This document shows, piece by piece, positions 1 to 12,793 of a stretch of 64,000 nt of DNA. This DNA is from Xylographa opegraphella (taxonomy: Eukaryota). The number at the start of each line of letters is the position of its first letter. The stretch's first letter is position 1. Made by a program: the position numbers and the translations under genes. The notes under the pieces were generated by a model, which was not told where the DNA came from, ran no database searches, and worked only from the letters and a program-made list of their open reading frames with translations. The DNA lies in assembly GCA_022813865.1 (NCBI GenBank), contig JALDZX010000064.1, positions 1 through 64,000 of the forward strand, in the 5' to 3' direction.

Positions 1-57
1 CCTAATCGGCTATAGTAAAGGACCAACAACACAGACTGCTAACGCCCTGATTTTCAA

Positions 58-245
58 CAATATACGTAATTATACGTAATTGTATGTAATTTTAAAATAG
101 TTTATATAGTTAGCGTTATTTACGTAGCCTTTATAATATTATCAGGTTCCTTATGCAATGCATTACATTGATTAGTCATTTACATTAACTTATCACATAT
201 TATTATATAATCTAAAACATTGTAACACAATCTATCTGAATTTTA
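58..245. repeat. AT-rich, TpA-rich degenerate segment with a 10-bp tandem (TATACGTAAT x2 + TGTATGTAAT); possible RIP-eroded repeat edge
   Basis: Composition is visibly much more AT/TpA-rich than the rest of the window; tandem at 61-90; no ORF. Confidence 0.4.
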
Positions 246-616
246 GCGCGTCAAGAAGTTTCAAAATTCGCTTGATCCAATGTTGATCAGACCTCGGTTC
301 GGCTGATGTCTAACAACAGCAGAAGATAGATGCACGGTTAATAACAACTGGGTAAGATGTCTAGATTACTCCTACTACATCATTGCTTGACTATGGGTAA
401 AGTACCGGGAAATAGACATGTAGCGCCTCGCCCCTAACGACCCATTCACACATACAATGGAAGAGTAGTAGTCATTGGTTCTATAGTCAGGAATACACGG
501 TCGGTCATAACATTAATGCAACGCAATCCAACTCAAACAAAGGAAACTCCGCCTGATGATAACGAATAAAGGACCTTGTGCCCAACCGGATCTTGACCTG
601 TTCTATAATGCAAGCT

Positions 617-2292
617 CTACTCAGCCTTGCTGAGGAGTTGCGCGAAGTGACTCTTGAGGTCCTCAACCTCGGACTCGATGAAGTCTTCAAGTTGTTGAAT
701 GGTATCAACTTCGACGTTGACCTTCTTCGATTGAGCACCTTTGTTGACAATGTCAGTGTAGTTAGAAGATCCTCCACCGTTCCAAGCGAGAAGCTGTATT
801 TCCCGGTTAGCAAAACGTATGTTTAAAGGGTCAAGTAAAGCTTACATTCTTGGTGCTCGACGGGACATCAGTAAGACTGCCCTCAGTGGCAATAGCGATG
901 AGACTGTCCTTGAGCTGTTTGGGAGTGATTTCAGCTACAGCGTAGGCAGAGTCCTTCGATGGCTGTAGAGATAAGAAATATGCCAGAAGACCAGCAATAT
1001 GAGGAGAGGCCATCGACGTGCCGGAGATAGTGTTGGTGGCGTACTTGCTGCCAACCCATGTGGAAAGGATGTTCAGACCCGGAGCGAAGATGTCATTGCA
1101 TTTGCCAAAGTTCGAGAAGTAAGCGCGCTCGTCGGCTAGAGTGGAAGCACCGACGGTGACTGCCTTCGCGGCCGCGGCCGGGGAGTAGTTGCATGAATCG
1201 GCGTTATCGTTCCCAGCGGCGACGGCAAAGTGTATACCAGCATCGACAGCGGCATTAACCGCGAGATCGAGAGTGACAGATTTTCCACCTCCAAGGCTCA
1301 TGTTTGCAGCACTTCCCTTAAAGCCTTTCTTGCCTTTGCCATTCTTGGCGTCTTTGACTTTCTTATCGTGAGCCAATGCGGCCCACTCCACACCCTTCAC
1401 AACATCGGACATGGTGCCAGAGCCGTTGGATTTGAGAACCTTGACAGCGTAGACATTGGCCTTCTTCGCGACGCCGTATTTCTTGCCAGCGATGGTGCCG
1501 GAGCAGTGGGTTCCGTGTCCGTTACCATCCTTATCCTCGTCATTTGCCGGAATGGTCTTACCCCAAGTCGCCCGACCCTCGAAGTCAACGTGATCGATAT
1601 TTGTACCAGTATCAATAACATAAACGTCGACGCCTTCGCCTCCGTCGGCAGAATATAGGTACTTGTTGAAGTTGCCGAAGCTTAAGCTGTTCCTGTGTGA
1701 TATTCTTGCCAAGCCCCAGGGGGCGTTCTTCTCGAGTTCACTGTGCTCGTCGGCTTTCTGGGTTCGAACAATAGAGTCCTTCTCGATCCATGCAACCTAT
1801 ACAGATTTCACGTGTTAACAAACTGACTGTCGAGCCTTGGTCCATGGCAGGCACACGTAAATAGTGTCACGTGCTCTGCTGTTTGGGAATGATAAGCTAT
1901 GATGACATTGGGGCGCTTACATCTGGATGCCGGCGGACCTGCTCGATAACGTCCTCATCGAAATGCCCAGAATAACCAACGAGGCTGCCAGCGATATTGT
2001 ATGTGTGTCGTAGACCTTCGAAGATGTCGCTCACCATGGGGATTTGAGCCCTTTTCCGGAGCTCCGTCTTGGAGTCTTCTGTTGACAGGTGAAGCATCTG
2101 GACCCACTCATGGTGAGCTGATGCAGCCTGGTGGTCAATATCTTTCTTGAAGATGACCATATAGGAGTTCGGAATCTCCTCAGCATTGGATGATGAGTGA
2201 ATCGGAGCTACTCCATTATGGATGGTATCGATGGATATCGGCGAGGAGGACGCCAGTAAAGGCAGCAGCGCCAGACCAAAGAGCCCCTTCAT
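617..2292 (-). CDS. PRB1: Vacuolar subtilisin-like serine protease (cerevisin/proteinase B, PepC/Alp2 type); 3 exons 2292-1921, 1796-846, 793-617
   Basis: Signal peptide MKGLFGLALLPLLA, I9 propeptide, catalytic motifs VIDTG, HGTHCSG, SGTSMASPH; GT-AG introns restore one frame. Confidence 0.95.
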
Positions 2293-3047
2293 GTTTGAGG
2301 ACGTTGACCGTAGACTCGAGCACACAGACCCAAGAACAATACTACAGAAATGAATAAATGCAAGGAGAGACTGCGGTTTTAAGATAGAGATGTGAAGAGG
2401 AGAGATGGAGGAAGGCGGTGGTTGTTATCTGCTGACGGCGAGCAGCAGATAGCAGCGGCAGATGGTCACCAGGGAACCATTCGACTGCGTCAGCCCCCGC
2501 TAGCGGCCTAGCTCCAAATGAGGCTGGGCGCATGTGAGACAACGATCCCTGCACATGTCAAGGCAGCACTCGCCCAAACACCCCCCCAAAGGTTTGGGCG
2601 ACTTAGGGAGAGACGCCGGCTATATGACGACGCCTCAGGTGGACCGTTTAGTGACTCGGCTTCCCTGGAGTCAATCATCATTAGCGAGAGCAGCCCCCCA
2701 ACTCTTGCTCGTCGAGCTGCTAGCGAATTCTCTCTGAGCACCGATTGGTGCTTGGCGCATCTCGAGGTACTAGGTACGACCTGTAGCTACCTGTCGAGTT
2801 AAATAGTCTCCTGGACATACGGACTACAAGGCAGAAACTCACGGCTTGCAGGGCAATTGTTCAAGTTGCGCAGTTCAGGAAGTCAGTGAAAGTCATGTCG
2901 AGTATCAACACAGGACGGGGAGAATCACACAGCACGAGACCTAGGTGCACCATAGGCCTGCCCGGGTGTCCAGCAAACACCAGCTGATGGGAATTCCGTG
3001 CAGGACATTGAGAAGACACCATAGCATTGTGGCTGCAGCTCGTCGAC

Positions 3048-6000
3048 ATGTCTACATCGACTACAAGAAATCGAGCCTTGACAGTAACCTATACGGAATC
3101 GGAAGCGGCTGAATTGCAAGGTCACTTGGAGAAACTATCTTTCTCATTGGCTACCGTGGACAGAGCGCAATGGCTTCCACGACTACATGCCCCGATAGAA
3201 GCTTCCCAGACTATCTGCCAGCTATTCCGGGCAAACGCCAGTCCAAATCGCATCAAAGATGCTTTTCGGCATCTCAATGGCTTCCAGATACTCATTGAGG
3301 GTTTACGAAGCACGTCGCTTGGTATCGGTCAATTGCAGATCACAAAACCAGAGCTTGAAGCGATCCTTGACGTGTATCAGAATTTGTGGGGTCTTTTGAC
3401 AGCAGCTCTTCAGGACCACTGGGGCAATCGAAAATATTTTCGAAAGCGCGTCGAAGGATGGGAGACACTGCAGCAAATCTTGAAAGAGATGGTACACGAT
3501 CACACATATGAGCACCTACAAGAAGTCAGGGAAAGAGTGTTTGGCTGCCTATTCGCCTGCGCTCTGGAGGACGATACGCTCAATGGGCTATTTTCTCAAC
3601 TCGCACGGCATCGTAAAGATGCCAACGGAGAGAAGGCAGAGCACAATACGCACAAGCAACCAAATCCAGACTTTGCGAATGAAGAGTGCGAATGGGATGG
3701 ACGTCATACGGGGTTTGTCAAGCAAGCCCTGGGTGCACAAGCTTTCCTGCATAACCCAGAAGCTGTAGCAATAGCTACGCAGCTGTGGCTTCTGGAATGG
3801 TCGAAATTGGCAAATGAAGACCACGTTACAAATGCAATCTTTGTAGTGCTACCTGCTGTCATTGACCGCATTTCTGAACTCAAGACTCATAATCTCGTAG
3901 CACTACATGCTGCTGGAGTGCTTAAACTGATCCTGCAAGCTTTTATCAATTGTCCTTTAAGTGAGAATCAACAGAGACAATTACGAGAGCTAGCCACTGC
4001 TCTGCTTACCTTGGGTGTTACCGATCTCAACGACGCACATTTCCTATACCGCCACGCTTCCACTTCAAAGGAAGTAGCTGGGCTTCTCCGGATTGCATTC
4101 CAGAAATCTAGCATACCTCCATGCATTCACTTCGATCTCAGTACACACGGATTTGCTTCTCTCGAGCTGCCTGATATCGGGCGGACGTTCCCACCTGTAA
4201 ATACTAGCTCGGGTTATACACTATCGATGTGGCTTCAGGTTGTTCACTTTGATCCTGAATCTCATACGACGCTCTTTGGAGCCTTTGACTCTAGCCAAAG
4301 TTGCTTTGTGCTGGTTTATCTGGAAAAAGATACGCGGAATTTGATCTTACAAACCTCAGTCACCGCTTCGAGACCCAGTGTCCGCTTTAAATCGTTTGCC
4401 TTCGACGCCGGTCGATGGTACCATGTTTGCGTGGTACATCGTCGCCCGAAAATGACAGCGTCTTCGAGAGCATCTCTATTTATTGATGGCGAATTTGTGG
4501 AGCAAGTGAAGGCTCAATACCCAGCCACTCCACCATTGGCGGCAACAAGTGCTGGTAATGTGGACGTGCTCTCTCCACGAGGAAAGTATAGACCTGTACA
4601 GGCTTTCCTTGGTACGCCGCAGGATCTAGCCACAAGGATTGGTCAAGGGCTAGTTTCATCTCGATGGAGACTGGCCTCAGCGTATCTCTTCAATGACACG
4701 CTCAGTGATGATTTGATCGCGGTACATATGCAACTTGGGCCACGATATCATGGCAACTACCAGGATTGTCTAGGTTCTTTTCAGACGTATCGAGCGTCGG
4801 CTGCTCTCAATCTCCGCAATGAAAGTCTTCATCCTGGGAGGGAAGATAAGTCCGAAATCGTGACTGCCATACGTTCCAAAGCCAGTGCATTGCTTCCAGA
4901 AAGCAGGATTATACTCAACTTTTCTCCAATGATGGTGCTCGATGATGATGACCGGAACAACGTCGATGAGACCCAATTGATCAAGTCGCTGTCGAAGAAC
5001 GCGGCCAAGAACCTGCGCATTGTTACACGGAATGGTCGCAATGCCATCATCATAAATGGGGCAATTCCGTCCGTCAATGAAGCTCTGACTCATTCATATG
5101 GCTTCGCTGTGCTGACCGGTGAACCTGTCATTGTTATCCCGCAATCTTTAGACGATGCGTCATGGCGTATCGGCGGATGTGCTCCAGTGGGTCTGGCTTT
5201 GATAGAGTCTGCCTCCAATCCACAAAGTCTTATATGCGCTCTCGAAATCCTACTTGACACGGTTCAAGATAGCTGGCGGAACAGCGAAGCCATGGAAAGA
5301 GAGAATGGATTCGGCGTCTTAGCCAGCTTGCTGACAGCCAAGCTGGACAATCTTCATACTGGCTTGACGATGCAGAACCTTCACATCGATGTCACAGCAG
5401 CAGAAGCCGAGGCACTCTCGTTTGAAATACTGTCTATTATTCTCAAATTCATCGGCTATCAGGAGCGAAGCTTGGCGGATTCTGTAATCAATAACCCGTT
5501 GGCCTACCGTATTCTGATTGTTGACCTTGATATTTGGCGTCCTTCCTCGCCTAAGGTTCAGAAGCTCTACTATGAGCAGTTTGGAACCTTCAGCACAGGA
5601 AGCAAGCATCATCATTTCAATATAAAGAGACTCGGACGGATGCGTTAGCTTACTCCCTTTCGTTTAGCTTCGTGAAGGCGTACTGACCAAGCATAATAGG
5701 CATTCTTAGGAAATGGCTTGACTCGTTAAAAACTGGAGTTTTCTACTCGGAGACGTTCGAGTACATGATTGCAGCATTTAGATCCCTACTGACTCTTACA
5801 CCATCAACGGATAGCATGCGCTCACTGGCCTTATACATAACCTATGCAGTAAATGCACCCAAGGAAGAGACTGCTCATCTCCTACGATCCTCTAAAACGA
5901 TCCGGCTACCTCAGCCTTCCCTTAATCCCCCTCAACGGCGATTCACCACAAATTTTGTGTCGCCTAGAAGTGGTAATGGAGGCTACCATGAAAAACCCTC

Positions 6001-9000
6001 CATGACACGCCTGGAAATTGGTATTCGAATTCTGGATATGTATGCCGACTTATTATGTCAGAAAGATCTCAACAATATAAAGAAATTTGCTAGAACTGTG
6101 ACCAATAAGGTAACAAAGGAGATCCCAAATGTGATATAAGCACGGTGCTGACGGCAAATAGTGGCTATTAAATCTCCTTAGTGACGAGAATTCGACGATA
6201 GTTATGTTGACCATGAAAATCCTGGCTCGTGTTCTGGTCACCAACGGTTCTGGCTATGTAGAGAAATTTACCGAGAAAACTGGAGGTTTTGTTATTATGA
6301 AATATCGACTGAAGCGCTGGTGGGACATTACGGCACTCTGGCCTTTGTGCTTTGCCATTCTGTTTGGCATGGATGTGGCGAATATTGATTTCGAACGTCC
6401 CTTCGACCTTTATAACTTGTTAGCAATATTTGCCTCCAATGATACAACGAAGGTAGTAAATCCGCAGGTCCTCCCGGTGATCGCCGCAATGCTTCAAAAC
6501 GGGCTCAAGTCTATCACGAAAGATCAGGACGATCCAGACTCGCCGTTACTGGAGAAGAGCAATGGAAGGAACAACAATACACAAAAAAACGAGAAAAAGA
6601 CTGTTCACGGGCGGACACGATCCATGTCATTACAAGCAGGACCTGTGTCACTACGTAAGTTTAACAAGACAGTATGATGTAGTAGGGCTGACGAGATGTA
6701 GGTGAAGATGATACACGTACCCAGCGTCTTGAGGAGTCTGCCAAAACCCTACATACGGTCACCAGGTTTCTTGCTGATATGCATTCTAATTCTCAAAGCT
6801 TTCGTGATTTCACAACTACGTCTCCATACATACAGGAGCTATTGTTTCTTCTCTTTCCCATCATTGTGAGCTCTGATGTTGTCGGGCCCGAAACTGAATT
6901 GTATTCACGGGATTCTTCCCTGACATTCAACGGTAACGATGTCATCATCCGGCCGCTCTCGCAGATGTCTATGAAAGCTGCGCCTATAGTTCGGACGGCC
7001 TTGGTAGAACCGCCTTTGAGTCCTAAAGCCTCAAAAGCTCAGCCATTGAAAAGAGGCTCATCATATATACTGGTGACCTCTGAGCAATCTGAGTATCAGC
7101 CATCTACTGCGCGCCTCCATTCAATAATATCTCCCAGGGAGAAGCGGCGAGAACCCCTCAACGTTAGCAATTCTCTGGTCGAAGAAATCCTCGAGATTAT
7201 TATCGCGGTCTTCTCAGATCAAATCTTTGCCAGAAAGGAATTTCCAGGTATAGGTTTGTTTATGAAAGTTCCGCCTGGATTTCAAGAGCATCAAGCCTAT
7301 TTCGAATCTTTTATTCTACGAAACACCCTTTCAAGTCTGAGTAATACCATTCAGTTGGACCAGAAGTTACTCTGGGAACCTAGAGTTCTCACCAATCTCG
7401 CACGGTTTGCCACCCACCTTGGAGAAGCCGTATACGAGGGCTGGTTCATCGATGGTGCTGATATTGTCCTCGACTTTTTGGGTAGAATGTTGGAGTATTT
7501 GCAGAGACCCGATATAACGCAGCTGAAAAGTGTAAGATTATGCAGTGAGGTAATTACTGGTATTCGGACTGTCATCTCCAGGATTGTACTTCTGAGGTTG
7601 TCCGAACTGGATGATTCACGAGCGCATTCAAATACTGTCGCTTTTTTGAACAAGATAACCTATTGGCAGAGTGTCCTTTTCGGACAGCAAGCTAGCCAGG
7701 AAGAATTCTTGAAACTGCTTTGTTATCTATTATACACAAAGTTGATGAGCCCTAATGAGCCCGTCCGCGAAGCAGCCGCCAATATATGGCGGACACTGCT
7801 TGTTCAAAAGCCAGACGAAGCAACAGGGGTTTTGTATCAAATCATGAGCACAGACAATAAGCACTTATCACGAGGATTTCAAAAGATCTTAGAACTGGAT
7901 AATTCTGGTTTCCTGGAATGGATTGACGACCATCGAGTTGACCTCGACGCAATATTCTTCGGGAACCTAGCCACTCATTGGGAAGTCTTTGTCATGGCGG
8001 AGAACCGAAGGACTGAGGAAAGTGCCAAAGGAAGAATATCGAAACGACGGGAACGTCTCAGGATTTGGGTTTCAGATGATCGAAATAAAGAGGACATCAT
8101 CCGACGCCATGAAGTCAGCTCTGATCACTGGCGATCGAACATATATGCTTCTGAACATTTAAAACGTCAAAGATCAGTCTTGGATCAGCAAGATCTCCTT
8201 AATTTCAATCTCTCTTCGTGGAACACTATGGTACAACAATTACATCGGCCATGTGGTGTACTTGATGATAATGCACCGTTGAAGTGGCAGCTTGACCAGA
8301 CTGAAGGACGTAATCGTATGAGGTTGAGGATGATACGAGACAAAGAAGCACATCTATACAATTACCATGCGAAAGCAAACCCTACCAAAAATGGCAAACC
8401 ACAGAAGCTCCTTCTAGACATTCGGGCGAAAACTCTCGCAAAATCCGGCGCAACGATTCTCCCGTCTCCAGTTGTCCTGAATGAGACACCGGCTGGTGAT
8501 TCACCCCGTCCTTCTAGTTCTCCAGCTGTCACGATGACTTCAGACGAGCTTCCCGATGTTGAAGATGGGTTCGAAATGGTTGAAGAACCCAATGATGGAC
8601 TGGAAGGCTACGAAGATAAGAATAGGAAAGTGATGCGAAGTCTACAAAGAGGTGATCAGGTCGAGCACGTGCACAACATTTCACGCATAAGGGGCCTAGA
8701 GGCTTGCGAGGGCTTGCTAATCCTTGGCAAGAATGCGCTGTACCTGCTTGAGAATTTCTTCCAACGCTCAGACGGCGAAATTGTCGATGTATGGCAAGCT
8801 CCCCAGGAAGAAAGAGACTCATACATGCAGATGATATCCGGCCGGGAGTTGGGAACCCAGAATCTGCCTCCTTCTAACCTCGATCATAAGACACGAAGTT
8901 GGCCGTGGGAAGACATACTTAGTATATCCAAGAGAAGATTTTTATTTCGTGATGTAGCAATCGAGGTATTCTTCGTGGATGGCCAGAGCTATCTGCTCAC

Positions 9001-11253
9001 TATCATCTCCCCAAAACTCCGTGATACGCTCTACCAACATCTTTGCAGTCGAGCTCAAACTGCGCTGGATAGAGCTCCAGCAGCAAGTCTTGAGAACCTT
9101 TGGAGACTCGAGTCTCTTAGGACTCCCGAAGATAGCCCTCAAACTCTAGGCTCTAGATTCACCAATGTATTCTCCCATGGCTCATCTAACCCTGCTACTC
9201 GAAAGTGGATGAAGGGCGAAATGTCAAATTTCCATTACCTCATGCTAGTAAATACAATGGCTGGCAGAACCTTTAACGACCTTACACAATACCCAGTCTT
9301 TCCGTGGGTACTTGCGGACTATACCAGTGAAGAGTTGGATCTGACCAATCCCCAGAGCTTCAGAGACCTAACTAAGCCAATGGGATGTCAAAATCCCGAG
9401 AGACAAGCGGAGTTCAGAGATCGGTATCAATCATTCGCTGAGATGGGAGACCATAATTCCCCACCTTTCCATTACGGCACTCATTATTCCTCCGCGATGA
9501 TTGTGACATCATATCTGATTCGCCTCCAGCCGTTTGTGAAATCGTACTTACTATTACAGGGAGGTAGTTTCGATCACCCAGACCGTCTCTTTTATTCCAT
9601 CGAAAGAGCATGGGCCTCAGCTTCGCGAGACAACATGACCGACGTTCGAGAACTGATCCCCGAATTCTATTACTTGCCAGATTTTCTTCTGAACTCCAAT
9701 GGTTACGACTTCGGCTCTAGACAAGGCACTGGAGGAACTATTGACACGGTAGTCTTGCCGCCGTGGGCCAAAGGTGATCCCAAAGTCTTCATCGCTAAGC
9801 ACCGCGAAGCGCTCGAGAGCGACTACGTCAGTCAGCATCTCCACCACTGGATCGACCTTATCTTTGGGCACAAACAACGGGGGGAGGCCGCTTTAGAAGC
9901 TACCAACGTCTTCCATCATTTGTCATATCGTGGTGCCAAAAACCTCGATGAGATTAATGACCCTGTGGAGAGACTTGCTACCATCGGTATCATCCATAAT
10001 TTTGGGCAAACACCCCATCAGGTCTTTCAACGAGCTCATCCGCAACGAGACGACTCGAGGCACAAGCAAAAGCGGCTAGACACATTGGCAGACACTCTGA
10101 CTCGTCTGCCTTTTCCACTTTTGAGTATGTAAACCAAGAAACATTCCGGTCATTGGCTAAATGTTTCCAGAAAGCGAAGATCGAATCTCTTCAATGTTAT
10201 ATTCCACTAAGCAAGACCGCTTACTTTGTTCTGGCGCTCTCCGGCTCAACATACCACCTTCTTATGATAAATATATGGAATGGGGTTTCGTTGATGGCAG
10301 CATACGGTTTTATGCTTCCGACAGTAAGAAGGTATGCTATCCTTTCTCCATGACAAGGACCTCCCTAACGTTTGCAGCTCATCGGTATGTTCGAGCACAT
10401 CCATCAAGGACAATTATCGAGCGCGATGTTCGTGGACTCCCGTAACCTAGTCACAGCCGGCACCGACTGCACCGTCTCAGTATGGCAAGTAGTGCATGCC
10501 TCCAAGTCAGTTGACCTGAATCCCAAGGCCTGTCTCTTCGGACATAGAGCCCCGGTCACTGTCTTGGCAACGTCAAGATCGTTTAGTACTCTTCTATCGG
10601 CGTCTTCGGACGGCCATGTTATCTTATGGGATCTCAATCGCCTAGATCTAGTACGAGTGTTGACACGTGGAGCACAAGTGGAAGTACGCTCTCCAATGAC
10701 ACCCTCACTCAATGATCATTGTTGACAGCCGGTAGTGCGCCCGCATTAACGACGTCTCCGGTACCATCATGCTCTGCCGCGGCCCGGAAGTGGCACTCTT
10801 TACACTGAACGGCGACCTCCTCCTCGAACAGAACGTCTGTGCCGAAGGTGACGAAGTCATTACTTCTTGCGCCTTCTACGAGGGTGCAGGCAACGAGTAT
10901 ATAGAGCAGAACCTTGTCTTCACCGGTCATCGCAGAGGCGTTGTCAATGTGAGCGCTACAGTACCTGCCTTGGCTTATGCCTATACTGTCTTGTACTAAT
11001 CTCGAATGCAGATATGGAAAATAAGTATCCACGCCGCGAATTTTGTGCTGGATCATGTCAAGCGCTTGAATCATCTGGACCAAGCCGGCTTCAACGTTAC
11101 GGCGGCGATCACATCTTTGCTTCCGATGCCGCTGGTGCTGTACACGGGAGACGACGATGGACGAGTGGTGAGTCGTATCCTCTGTTTCCACAGATACAGT
11201 TTTGTTAACGGAGCATCTGTCAGTGCGAGTGGGATGCTATCCAGCGTTCGTGA
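3048..11253 (+). CDS. BPH1: Beige/BEACH-domain protein (ConA-like, PH-BEACH, BEACH, C-terminal WD40), multi-exon
   Basis: Long ORFs 3027-5648 and 6779-10132 joined by GT-AG introns; BEACH motifs GRTFNDLTQYPVFPW, HYGTHYSS, DVRELIPEFYY, WIDLIFG, NFGQTPHQ; WD repeats; last exon ends CEWDAIQRS*. Confidence 0.95.
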
Positions 11254-12142
11254 TGTATTGTCACGAATGAAAAACTGCATGCCGGGCGTTGGTGATTTTG
11301 AAAGGTGCAGGGGTTTTGGTATACGAATAGGCATGAATAAAGAACCGTCATTTAAGGTGGCAGGGAGGACTTTAGGGACGAGTCTATAACGGGTGCATCA
11401 GTATGCAAATGGGAGGAATCGTGGACGACATATGCCGCGTGCATTTGCTTGGTCGAGTCTATATAAGAACTTCGTTTGATCACGATCGAAAGCAATCGTT
11501 CTTGCGGACAGCCAGTCGCTTCACTTGTGATATGTGTCTTCATTGTCGATCTATTACCGAACGGGCTGAAGCATATCACTAATTTGCCCATCATAGGTTC
11601 TGTAGTACCCAAATAATGGATGCTCGGACGGTGGATTGGGGCGCTAAATTACATCGGGCACAGAGCGAGTTGGTCCGTCCATCGCACGCAGGTGGAAGCA
11701 GGAGAGGCGCAAAGGGTTACACAGAAGCTGTTTGTTTGATCTGACGGGTGGCGAGTTTAGAGCGTTAAGGGTATGGGGGACTGTAGCGGGGAGAGGGTAT
11801 ACATGATGTTTTATATAGGGGCGATGCATTCTAGACTGCCCTCGCTTGATGCATTCGATCGGAGTAGATCGTGAAGGAAGGGGCATTTCGCCCGACGGGA
11901 GTATCGGAGCGATGGTGTTATACTCTGACGAAGCCGGAACTGTTCTCGAGTGTTACGTACCTTATGACCTTGTCGACGTCGAGTGGTGAGGCAGACGGCC
12001 CGGCAAGTACAATTAAAGTCGATCAACCCCGCAGCGAGGACAACAGACCTACGAACGGTGGAGTCGTGGACTAGGCTAGTATTAAGCGGAAGAGTCTCAT
12101 TCCTCGAGGCCGCAAGTGTATATAATCGGTATACAATCAATC

Positions 12143-12793
12143 ATGGCTGCTGGGAGTTGCTGTAAGCCCGCCTCCTCCCTCCACACGATCCAGCTTCCCC
12201 GCCAATAACATCGCGCGAACAGTATGTGGCCAATGCAGCGTGTCCTGGAACGGCGAGGCTCAAACCAAGGTCTCTAGAGATCCTAAAACTCCTCCCCAGC
12301 ATCATGCATAGTCCCGACTGATACAACCGTACCCAGGCCCTGTGCCACTGCGCCGACTGCCGCAAGATCAGCGGCAGCATGTACAGCACCAACCTGCTCG
12401 TCCGGGCCGAGGCACTGTCGCTCGTCGGCGGTCACCCGAAACAGTACCACCATCCGACCGACGCCGGGAACGTGTTCACGTCGTACTTCTGCGGCGACTG
12501 TGGGTCGACGCTGTGGCGCGAGTCGTCGGGGGTGCCGGTGTGTGGTTTTCTCTCTCGGGTTGGTGGGTGGCTGATGGTGCTGACTGGCTGGTTGTGGGTA
12601 GGGGGTTAAGTTTCTGAAGGTGTGTGCTGCGCGTGTGGGTGGATGGAGGGAGAGATGGGTTTTGGGCTGATGTGTGCAGGAAGGGATTTTGGAAACGGCG
12701 TCAGGGGCAAGACCGGCCGTGGAGGTTTATGTTGGGAATAGGGCTGAGTGGCAAGTGGAGGTTGCGGGGGCGGAGCAGAAGCAGAAGCAGTAA
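12143..12793 (+). CDS. GFA/Mss4-like (CENP-V family) zinc-binding protein, ~132 aa; exons 12143-12161, 12223-12269, 12337-12537, 12602-12619, 12680-12793
   Basis: Manual splicing gives MAAGSCLCGQC...ALCHCADCRKISGS...YFCGDCGSTLW...RPAVEVYVGNRAEW, i.e. the CxC, CHCxxCR and FCxxCGS motifs; all introns GT-AG and in frame. Confidence 0.88.

Noticed and set aside
11644..12140. Cys-containing short minus-strand ORFs with possible splice sites
   Set aside because: No consistent spliced ORF or family motif could be built
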